In this document: piece after piece, positions 1 through 6,974 of the stretch
Numbering within the stretch: position 1 is the stretch's first letter
Layout: each line of letters begins with the position of its first letter
Assembly (NCBI GenBank): GCA_035450165.1
Contig: DAOTMI010000002.1
Coordinates: 12,343 to 72,896 of the forward strand
Direction: 5' to 3'
Source: Candidatus Woesebacteria bacterium
GTDB lineage: Bacteria > Patescibacteriota > Microgenomatia > UBA12405
DNA length: 60,554 nt
Program-made: the position numbers and the translations under genes
The notes under the pieces: generated by a model
Told to the model about the DNA's origin: nothing
Seen by the model: only the letters and a program-made list of their open reading frames with translations
Databases searched by the model: none

Positions 1-617
1 TAGTATCCTCGACTCCATTTACGAAGAGCAATAGCGCCGCCGATTGTAACCAACGCCGCAAGAGAACCGAAAATTAAACCACTACCTGTTTTAGGAATAA
101 CCCTTTGAACCAAAGTTGTCCCTTGGGCGCCGGCATAATAGGAAGCAGTGTCCCGGTCGCCGATGCTGTTATCCGAAGTTACTTCGGCAATATTAGTGTA
201 TTGACCGGGGAATTTATCCGCTTCTTTAATTTGGGCTCTAACCGTAAAAGATCTTGATTCCGTCGGTGTTAATCGATCAATCCGCCAAACAATTTTATTC
301 TCAACTTGATTAAATTGACCATCATAAAGCTTTAAATCTAAACCAGTAGGAAGAATATCCCTAACTTCAATATTATTTAAATCAATCGGACCGGTATTTT
401 CCACTCTGATGCTAAACTCGATTAAATCACCATTTTTAAACCGAATCGTCCCCTCATCTAGATTGTCATAATAATGATCCATACTTATTCCTCTCACTTT
501 TTTATCGATAGAAACAGACCGTTCTTCATGACAACAATACTGAGCCAAAACTGTTTTAGGCGCTCCTAAAAAACTGAATATCAGAAAAGTTAAAATCAAT
601 TTTGCTATAATTTTCAT
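1..617 (-). CDS. Secreted surface protein with a DUF11-type repeat domain and a C-terminal IPKTG sortase sorting signal. The stop codon is split by the window edge and the gene is absent from the supplied ORF track.
   Basis: Manual minus-strand translation from the ATG at 617 gives MKIIAKLILTFLIFSFLGAPKTVLAQ (signal peptide), then GDLIEFSIRVENTGPIDLNNIEVRDILPTGLDL, then VIPKTGSGLIFGSLAALVTIGGAIALRKWSRGY, followed by TA at positions 2-1. IPKTG is encoded at 84..98. The end shows an LPXTG-like motif, a hydrophobic helix and a basic tail. Confidence 0.75.
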   Translation of the reverse strand, partial: MKIIAKLILTFLIFSFLGAPKTVLAQYCCHEERSVSIDKKVRGISMDHYYDNLDEGTIRFKNGDLIEFSIRVENTGPIDLNNIEVRDILPTGLDLKLYDGQFNQVENKIVWRIDRLTPTESRSFTVRAQIKEADKFPGQYTNIAEVTSDNSIGDRDTASYYAGAQGTTLVQRVIPKTGSGLIFGSLAALVTIGGAIALRKWSRGY

Positions 618-627
618 TACAGGATGA

Positions 628-655
628 ATTGTAGCTAAAAAATTTTATTTGTCAA
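628..655 (-). promoter_or_regulatory. Sigma70-like promoter for the DUF11 surface-protein gene
   Basis: On the minus strand: TTGACA (650..655), a 16-nt spacer, TACAAT (628..633), then 10 nt to the ATG at 617. Confidence 0.5.
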
Positions 656-678
656 GCAATTAGGGAAATTGATATACT
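649..678 (+). promoter_or_regulatory. Sigma70-like promoter for the GT2 gene at 687
   Basis: TTGTCA (649..654), an 18-nt spacer, TATACT (673..678), then 8 nt to the ATG at 687. The -35 overlaps the -35 of the divergent promoter. Confidence 0.45.
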
Positions 679-686
679 AGTTAGAG

Positions 687-1394
687 ATGATTAATCAACT
701 TTCTGTTTTTTTTCCGGCTTATAACGAAGAGGCCAATTTAGAAAATACCGTCGACAAAGCCATCCCTATTCTTAAGGAAATTTTCTCAAAATGGGAAATA
801 ATTATTATTAACGATGGGTCTAAAGATAAAACAGGAGAAGTTGCTCTTAAAATCCAAAAAAAATACAAAAATGAGGATCTTAAAATTATTACTCATTCAC
901 CCAATCGCGGCTATGGTGCCGCTCTCAAAAGCGGTTTTTATAATGCCAAATACTCTTGGATTACTTTTACCGATGCCGATGGTCAATTCGATTTCAACGA
1001 TATTAAAGAATTTATCGCTACTCAAACTAAAACCCAAGCCGACTTGGTTATTGGCTACTACCTTGGCCGCAAGGTTCCTTTTATCCGTAAATTCGGTTCA
1101 TTCTGTTGGCAATTAGCCGTTTTCCTTCTTTTTGGCCTAAAAGTCCGTGATATTGACTGCGGTTTCAAACTTATCAATAAAAAGGTAATTGAAACGATCC
1201 CAAAATTAGAGGCAGAAAGAGGACCTTTTATTTCTTCTGAATTATTGATTAAAGCCAAACGGGCCGGATTTAAAATTGTCGAAGTTGGCGCCCACCACTT
1301 CGAACGCCAAGCCGGTACCGCCACTGGTTCCAATTTAAACGTAGTTCTGGCTGGTCTAAAAGATCTTGTTCGTTTACGTTTTAAAATAAAATGA
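687..1394 (+). CDS. GT2 polyprenyl-phosphate glycosyltransferase (DPM1/ArnC/GtrB-like)
   Basis: Motifs FFPAYNEE, IIINDGSKDKT, NRGYGAALKSG, FTDADGQF and a C-terminal amphipathic region. An ATGA overlap couples it to the downstream GT-C gene. Confidence 0.8.
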   Translation: MINQLSVFFPAYNEEANLENTVDKAIPILKEIFSKWEIIIINDGSKDKTGEVALKIQKKYKNEDLKIITHSPNRGYGAALKSGFYNAKYSWITFTDADGQFDFNDIKEFIATQTKTQADLVIGYYLGRKVPFIRKFGSFCWQLAVFLLFGLKVRDIDCGFKLINKKVIETIPKLEAERGPFISSELLIKAKRAGFKIVEVGAHHFERQAGTATGSNLNVVLAGLKDLVRLRFKIK

Positions 1395-2866
1395 AAATAT
1401 TACCAAACGTCAAAATCCCCCCGTCCACCATTGGCGGACATCCCCCTTTGGCAAAAGAGGGATTATCATGGCGGATTCATCGACGTGACGTCTTAATTTT
1501 GATTTTAATTCTAATCGTCTCTGCTTTCTTTCGGTTATATAGAATTGATGGCTACATGGAGTTTTTAGGTGACCAAGGAAGAGACGCTATTATTATTCGC
1601 GACTTCCTCAAGCACGGCAATTTGTTTTTCATCGGCCCGCCGACCAGTATCGGTCATATGTATCTCGGTCCTTATTATTATTATTTAATTTCGCCATTTT
1701 TATGGCTTTTTAACTTTAATCCGGTGGGATTAGCGGTCTTCGTAGCTATTTTAGGAGTAGCTACCACTTATTTATTTTATTTTGTCGGCTCCCGTTGGTT
1801 TAACCGGGCTATCGGCCTAACTGCGGCTTTTCTCTTTGCTATTTCGCCAGTAGCCATCAAATATAACACTTTTTCCTGGAATCCCAATGTAATGCCATTT
1901 TTTGCCCTCCTTTTTGTCTACTGTCTAATAGAAAAGAAATATATTTGGGCTTCTTTGGCTTTTATTGGCTGTCTTAATTCCCATTATTTTAGCTTGGCTC
2001 TCCTGCCTTTAGCTGGCCTTTACTGGCTAATCAATTACAAAAAAGACGACCTTAAACCAACTATCGCCGCCATTATCATCTTCTTAATTTCACTCACTCC
2101 TCAAATCCTTTTTGATCTCAAACATCAGGGCACTAATGCCCAAGCTTTCAAAACCTTTTTCACTCAGCGGGAAACAACTGTCAGTATTTTACCTTATAAG
2201 GCGGTACCTAAACTTTTCCCCACTATAAACAATATCAATAGCCGCCTTATTTACGGCAAAAACACTACTATAGCCCCTTATCTAACGATCGTTTGGGTGA
2301 TTTTTCTAATCTACGGAATTTGCCGCTTTAAAGATAAAAAAGTTATTTGGCTTTCTCTTTGGCTTTTAATTGGAGCCACCGCTTTTGCTCTTTATAAAAA
2401 TCACATTTATGATCATTATTACGGTTTTATTGTACCGGCAGTTTTTCTTTTAACTGCTTATCTGATTAATAAAATAAAAATGGTGGGAATCCCGCTGGGA
2501 ATTATTATTGTCACTCTATCACTTATAGAAAATCCCCTTCGTTATCCGCCCAATAATCAGCTCAAAACCACTCGAGCTATTGATGAATTAATTATTCAGG
2601 ATGCTAACCAACAGGAGTTTAATTTTGCCCTGCTTTCTAAAATGAACTACGCTGATCCCTACCTTTATTTTTTCGAGGGTTCAAAATTAGTCGATACTCA
2701 CACAAAAATTACTGATCAACTTTATGTTGTTTGCGAACCATTTCAAATTGACTGCCAACCGATTAACAATCCAGAGTGGGGGATTGCTTCTTTTGGTTGG
2801 GCTAAAATTGACAAGCAGTGGGAAATCAACGGCATTAAAATCTTCCGCTTAGTTCATAATAAATAG
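1391..2866 (+). CDS. Polytopic GT-C-type membrane glycosyltransferase (ArnT/PMT/GT39-like)
   Basis: 491 aa with multiple hydrophobic helices. It has the GPYYYYLISPF motif shared with the 3351..4811 paralog and follows a DPM1-like GT2. Its N-terminal tail contains repeat copy A. Confidence 0.65.
   Translation: MKILPNVKIPPSTIGGHPPLAKEGLSWRIHRRDVLILILILIVSAFFRLYRIDGYMEFLGDQGRDAIIIRDFLKHGNLFFIGPPTSIGHMYLGPYYYYLISPFLWLFNFNPVGLAVFVAILGVATTYLFYFVGSRWFNRAIGLTAAFLFAISPVAIKYNTFSWNPNVMPFFALLFVYCLIEKKYIWASLAFIGCLNSHYFSLALLPLAGLYWLINYKKDDLKPTIAAIIIFLISLTPQILFDLKHQGTNAQAFKTFFTQRETTVSILPYKAVPKLFPTINNINSRLIYGKNTTIAPYLTIVWVIFLIYGICRFKDKKVIWLSLWLLIGATAFALYKNHIYDHYYGFIVPAVFLLTAYLINKIKMVGIPLGIIIVTLSLIENPLRYPPNNQLKTTRAIDELIIQDANQQEFNFALLSKMNYADPYLYFFEGSKLVDTHTKITDQLYVVCEPFQIDCQPINNPEWGIASFGWAKIDKQWEINGIKIFRLVHNK
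1423..1465 (+). repeat. Two-hairpin REP/MITE-like element, copy A, embedded in frame in a CDS
   Basis: Hairpin 1: GTCCACC-att-GGCGGAC (1423..1439, one mismatch). Hairpin 2: TCCCCCTTT-ggca-AAAGAGGGA (1441..1462). It ends in TTA and translates as GGHPPLAKEGL. Confidence 0.7.
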
Positions 2867-2867
2867 T

Positions 2868-2903
2868 TTAATCTCCCTTTTGTAAAGGGAGATGTCCGCC
2901 ACC
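2868..2903 (-). repeat. REP/MITE-like element, copy B, inverted relative to copies A and C
   Basis: The reverse complement reads GGTGGCGGACATCTCCCTTTACAAAAGGGAGATTAA. The hairpin is TCTCCCTTT-tgt-AAAGGGAGA (2872..2892). It starts one base after the stop of the 1391..2866 gene. Confidence 0.7.
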
Positions 2904-2986
2904 TGAAAAAGCTAGCTAGGGCAAACCGTAAAAATCCAACCAAATCCGAATTACTATTTTGGCATATAATAGCTCGAAAAAATAAG

Positions 2987-3415
2987 TTGGGATACCGATT
3001 CTTAAGGCAAAAACCAGTCAGTAACTTTATCATCGATTTTTATTGCTTTAAGCTAAAATTAGCTATAGAAATCGATGGTGACAGTCACGACGTCAAGGAT
3101 GAAGATGATTACCGAAGAGACATGAATTTGAGAAAAATAGGAATCAAGACAATTCGATACCAAAACGACCAAATTATTTACCAACTTGAAAATGTTTATT
3201 ATGATTTGGAGCAAAGGATTAGGGACAGAGAAAAAGAATTAGCAATTAATCCCCCGCCCCGACAGTCGTCGGGGCACCCCCTTTACAAAAGGGGGATTAA
3301 CAGGAAAGGTCAAAAAAGGGTTCCTGAAAGGAGAGAATGTGCCGCATTTGTCACTCCGTATATCCCAGCAGGGGATCGAGAGTTAAAGCTGGGTCGTCAC
3401 AAACCTGGGAATTAA
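2987..3415 (+). CDS. DUF559 (Vsr-like) endonuclease-domain protein; start uncertain and possibly degenerate
   Basis: Core sequence GYRFLRQKPVSNFIIDFYCFKLKLAIEIDGDSH...RD..L...G...IR. The frame is open from 2867 and encodes the family-typical ELLFWHIIARKNKL helix upstream of the first canonical start (TTG at 2987). The C-terminal tail reads through repeat copy C and overlaps the convergent gene. Confidence 0.6.
   Translation: MGYRFLRQKPVSNFIIDFYCFKLKLAIEIDGDSHDVKDEDDYRRDMNLRKIGIKTIRYQNDQIIYQLENVYYDLEQRIRDREKELAINPPPRQSSGHPLYKRGINRKGQKRVPERRECAAFVTPYIPAGDRELKLGRHKPGN
3256..3300 (+). repeat. Two-hairpin REP/MITE-like element, copy C
   Basis: Hairpin 1: GCCCCGAC-agtc-GTCGGGGC (3256..3275). Hairpin 2: CCCCCTTT-aca-AAAGGGGG (3277..3295). 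It ends in ATTAA. Confidence 0.7.
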
Positions 3416-4811
3416 CTTCAACCTCCTTTTTGTTTTTGATTACCCCAATTAAGCCAAATTTAGCTGTCAATTCCTTATCGCTTTGGGCGAAAGGAATAAC
3501 CAAATCGTATTGGGGAACATTTTCATGTGTTTTAACCACCTTCATTCCTTTATTCCAAAACAGATATCTAAAGCCGACACCATCGCCAAACTTAGCTATA
3601 TAATTAACGGAAATGCAGGGATAATTTTTAGATTTAGCATCGGCGACAATGAACTCAACTGCTTGTTCTTTATAAAAATATGAATCATTTAGTTGGGTAT
3701 AACGATTCAGCCAAAAAATATTTAAACCAAGATAGCCGGCTAGAAATATTCCCAAAACAGTTCTATTTGACAATATTTCACTGATAGATAGGGAAAAGAT
3801 AATAAAAAATAAAATCACTAAATTAGTGAAATAATATTCGGAAACAATCCGTTTAGAAACAAATTGAGCCCAACAGATGAGAAAAATCCATAACCATATA
3901 AAAATAGCCTGTTTTGCCGTAATTTTTTTAATTTTTAAGAGATAAATCATGGCAATAATAAAAACCGGCCAAATTAATTCCACCCGGTAAGTTTCCCAAC
4001 CCCTTACTAATCTTATTTGCAATTCCTGACTGGCCGCATTAAGGACTTTAAGAAATTTTGCCTTGCCGGTTGGAGCTCCAATATCTACTTGAGTAGCCGC
4101 CATCATTCCCTTAACCTCTGACCAATTATGTTTTAATTCAAATAACCAAAATGGACTGCTGAAAATCAAAAAAATCGCAATACAACCCAAATATTCCTTT
4201 AATTTTATCCGACTAAATTTTTCTTTTAAACTGCCCCTGGAAACCGCATAGGCTAAGATCGGCAAAGGTAAAATAGGCAGCAGGGCAATGTGAATGTGAT
4301 AAACCATTCCTAATAAAAAGCCGTATAAATAGATAATTTTTTTATCACCCTCGAGGGCTTTAAAGATAACATATAAAAACCAAATCGACCAAAGAATCGT
4401 CGGCTGAGTTGGCACCGACCAACGTTGAAAAAGAGCTATTCCCGTAGAAACGGCCATTAAAAAGGCACTAATTAAACCAGCTCTTTTACCCCAAAACTCT
4501 TTAACAACAAAATAAAGACTCCAAATGGAAAATAAACCAATAGCCGTAACTGGAATAATAGCACTCATGGGATTCATCCTAAAAATCCAATAAAATAAGG
4601 CAATTAAATAATAGTAAAATGGCCCGATAAAAACACCCGGAATACTGGTAACTTGGCCGACTAACCTTAAATGGCGATTGACAATAATATCTCTGGCAAT
4701 CCAGGAATAAAGATCTTGATCATGATTCCAAATTAAACTTAATTTAAAGTTATAAACTAGAAAAAATAACCCAAGGACTAGAATTCCCAGCAGTTTTCTC
4801 CTATCATTCAT
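3351..4811 (-). CDS. Polytopic GT-C-type membrane glycosyltransferase (ArnT/PMT/GT39-like), paralog of 1391..2866
   Basis: 486 aa and highly hydrophobic. GPFYYYLIALF and the surrounding block align by eye with GPYYYYLISPF in 1391..2866. Confidence 0.65.
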   Translation of the reverse strand: MNDRRKLLGILVLGLFFLVYNFKLSLIWNHDQDLYSWIARDIIVNRHLRLVGQVTSIPGVFIGPFYYYLIALFYWIFRMNPMSAIIPVTAIGLFSIWSLYFVVKEFWGKRAGLISAFLMAVSTGIALFQRWSVPTQPTILWSIWFLYVIFKALEGDKKIIYLYGFLLGMVYHIHIALLPILPLPILAYAVSRGSLKEKFSRIKLKEYLGCIAIFLIFSSPFWLFELKHNWSEVKGMMAATQVDIGAPTGKAKFLKVLNAASQELQIRLVRGWETYRVELIWPVFIIAMIYLLKIKKITAKQAIFIWLWIFLICWAQFVSKRIVSEYYFTNLVILFFIIFSLSISEILSNRTVLGIFLAGYLGLNIFWLNRYTQLNDSYFYKEQAVEFIVADAKSKNYPCISVNYIAKFGDGVGFRYLFWNKGMKVVKTHENVPQYDLVIPFAQSDKELTAKFGLIGVIKNKKEVEVNSQVCDDPALTLDPLLGYTE

Positions 4812-4813
4812 AT

Positions 4814-5578
4814 ATGGATTATAACGCTGTCAGTGTGGTAATTCCTTGTTATAACGAGGAAGAAAACTTAAAAAGAGGGGTTTTGGACCAAGTTGATAAT
4901 TTTTTAAAAAAACAAACATTTCAATGGGAAGTTATTATTGCTAATGACCATTCATCCGACCAAAGTTTAAAGCTGATTCAAAATTTTATTAAAAACCATG
5001 ATAAATTTAGAGTCTTAGATTTACCCCACGGCGGCAAACCCAGCGCTGTTTATGCCGGCATTAAAGCCGCCAAATATAATTTTGCCCTTTTCACCGACAT
5101 GGACCAATCAACACCTATTAGTGAATTAATAAAATTAATGCCGTACTTAAGGGATTTTGATCTCATTATTGGTTCACGCGGAACAACCCGAAGCGGTAAT
5201 AATCTGCTTCGCCGATTAGGGGCCCGAATTTTTTTAACTCTCCGTCGGTGGATTATTTTGCCCGAGATCAATGATACCCAATGCGGCTTTAAAATTATCA
5301 GAACTGATTTGGCTAAGAAAATATTTCCACGATTGTCTTTCTTTCAGGAAAATATTAAAGGTGGTTGGCGGGTTTCGGCTTTTGATGTGGAAATGCTTTT
5401 TATGGCTCAAAAATGGGGTTATAAAATAAAAGAAGTGCCGGTATTATGGCAAAATCAAGATATTTCTCAAACTAAGGGCAATCGAACCAATAATTATTTC
5501 AAAGAATCAATCCAAATGGTCAAAGAAATTTGGCAGGTCAGAAAAAACGACTATCATGGTAAATATGAAAAAAAATAA
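4814..5578 (+). CDS. GT2 polyprenyl-phosphate glycosyltransferase-like (DPM1/ALG5-like)
   Basis: Motifs VVIPCYNEEENL, IIANDHSSD, HGGKPSAVYAG and FTDMDQSTP. Confidence 0.75.
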   Translation: MDYNAVSVVIPCYNEEENLKRGVLDQVDNFLKKQTFQWEVIIANDHSSDQSLKLIQNFIKNHDKFRVLDLPHGGKPSAVYAGIKAAKYNFALFTDMDQSTPISELIKLMPYLRDFDLIIGSRGTTRSGNNLLRRLGARIFLTLRRWIILPEINDTQCGFKIIRTDLAKKIFPRLSFFQENIKGGWRVSAFDVEMLFMAQKWGYKIKEVPVLWQNQDISQTKGNRTNNYFKESIQMVKEIWQVRKNDYHGKYEKK

Positions 5579-6974
5579 TTGGCTTAGTTTAGGCATTATC
5601 AGCGGCCTCTATTTTCTTTCCCGACTGATTAATCTTACTAAATTACCGATTTTTTGCGATGAGGCTATTTATCTCCGTTGGTCACAGATTATCAAAGCCG
5701 TTGAAACCCTCCGATTTATCCCTTTAAGTGATGGTAAACAACCCCTATTTATGTGGTTAACAGTTCCTTTTTTAAAACTGTTTAATGATCCATTAATGGC
5801 TGGCCGTTTTGTCTCTGTTTTGGCTGGTTTTGGCACTTTGGTTGGCATTTATCTCATTACCTGCCTGATTGCCAACCAAAAAACAGCTCTAATAGCCACC
5901 CTTATTTATTTAGTTCTTCCCTTTACCTTCTTTTTTGACCGATTGGCTTTAGCCGATAATCTCCTGTCCATGTTTGGGGTTTGGTCGCTTTATTTTTCTC
6001 TTCTTATCACTAAGTATCCTCGACTAGATTTAGCCATGATTTTGGGAATTACCCTCGGTCTGGCCTGGTTGACCAAATCGCCGGCTATTTATTTCATTGT
6101 TTTGGCTTTTTTTACCATCATTCAGAAGCAGGCTAAAAAATTTTACTTGCCGATTATTTCGGTAATTTTTGCCCTGATCATTTATAATATTCTTCGCCTG
6201 GGACCGCAATTTCATCTCATCGCCCTGCGTAATCGCGATTACGTTTGGCCAGTTATGGAAATTCTCAAGCATCCTTTCGACCCGTTTAAACCTCATCTGG
6301 TTGATATTTTTAATATTTACAAACAATATCTCGGTCTGCCGTTTTTCTTTCTTTTCTTTACTCAATTTAACCCGATTTTATGGGCTTGGTTCATTCTACC
6401 CCTTCTGGCAACCAGTATTATCGCTAAGGTTTTTACCGCTCGTTATATTCTTTTTTCTCTGCCGCCGCTTATTATTTTATTAGCCTTAGCTTTAGGTAAA
6501 ATTAAAAATAAGCTCATTTTAGGCGGCTTAATCCTAACTTTTATTCCCGGGATTCTCTTTATCCATCGGTTAACAATTGACCCCTTCCATCAAAAATTAC
6601 CCCCGACCGAAACCGGTTATTTGAGCGGTTGGACAGCTGGTTGGGGTATTAAAGAAGCGGCTGATTATTTAAAGGAGCGGGCTAAACAGACCAATGTTAT
6701 TGTCGGTACTGAAGGTTATTTCGGCACTCTGCCTGACGGTCTTCAAATTTATACTAATGATGTTGAGCAGTTAACTATTCTAGGAGTTGGCTTAGATATC
6801 AGTCAAATTCCGCCATCTTTAACTGACGCTTTTCAGCATGGCGACGAGGTTTATCTTTTATTCAACCAAAGCCGATTAAAATTAAGTCCCCAGGAAAAAG
6901 AAAAAGTTAATCTGGTAAAATCATACCCTAAGCCAGATAACGATAATCTAGAACTTTACCAAATAATCAAATGA
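5556..6974 (+). CDS. GT-C membrane glycosyltransferase (ArnT/GT39/GT83-like)
   Basis: 472 aa and polytopic, with the N-terminal loop motif LPIFCDEAIYLRW and a soluble C-terminal domain. An alternative ATG lies at 5565. Confidence 0.65.
   Translation: MVNMKKNNWLSLGIISGLYFLSRLINLTKLPIFCDEAIYLRWSQIIKAVETLRFIPLSDGKQPLFMWLTVPFLKLFNDPLMAGRFVSVLAGFGTLVGIYLITCLIANQKTALIATLIYLVLPFTFFFDRLALADNLLSMFGVWSLYFSLLITKYPRLDLAMILGITLGLAWLTKSPAIYFIVLAFFTIIQKQAKKFYLPIISVIFALIIYNILRLGPQFHLIALRNRDYVWPVMEILKHPFDPFKPHLVDIFNIYKQYLGLPFFFLFFTQFNPILWAWFILPLLATSIIAKVFTARYILFSLPPLIILLALALGKIKNKLILGGLILTFIPGILFIHRLTIDPFHQKLPPTETGYLSGWTAGWGIKEAADYLKERAKQTNVIVGTEGYFGTLPDGLQIYTNDVEQLTILGVGLDISQIPPSLTDAFQHGDEVYLLFNQSRLKLSPQEKEKVNLVKSYPKPDNDNLELYQIIK

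Noticed and set aside
814-1333. Short ORFs nested in or antisense to longer genes in the supplied track. Examples include 814..1116, 1058..1333, 3337..3603, 3483..3683, 5050..5271, 6030..6365, 7921..8112, 9223..9471, 12105..12356, 25351..25551, 34628..34895, 38594..39252 and 41210..41515.
   Set aside because: All lie wholly inside longer ORFs that carry clear family motifs. Their translations are low-complexity or show frame-shadow composition with no motifs, so I treat them as shadow ORFs.
1391-1394. Possible alternative genetic code with UGA recoded, as in some CPR lineages.
   Set aside because: TGA clearly terminates genes in ATGA overlaps (1391..1394, 6971..6974, 15548..15551 and 54579..54582), and no long ORF needs read-through of TGA. 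The standard code 11 fits.
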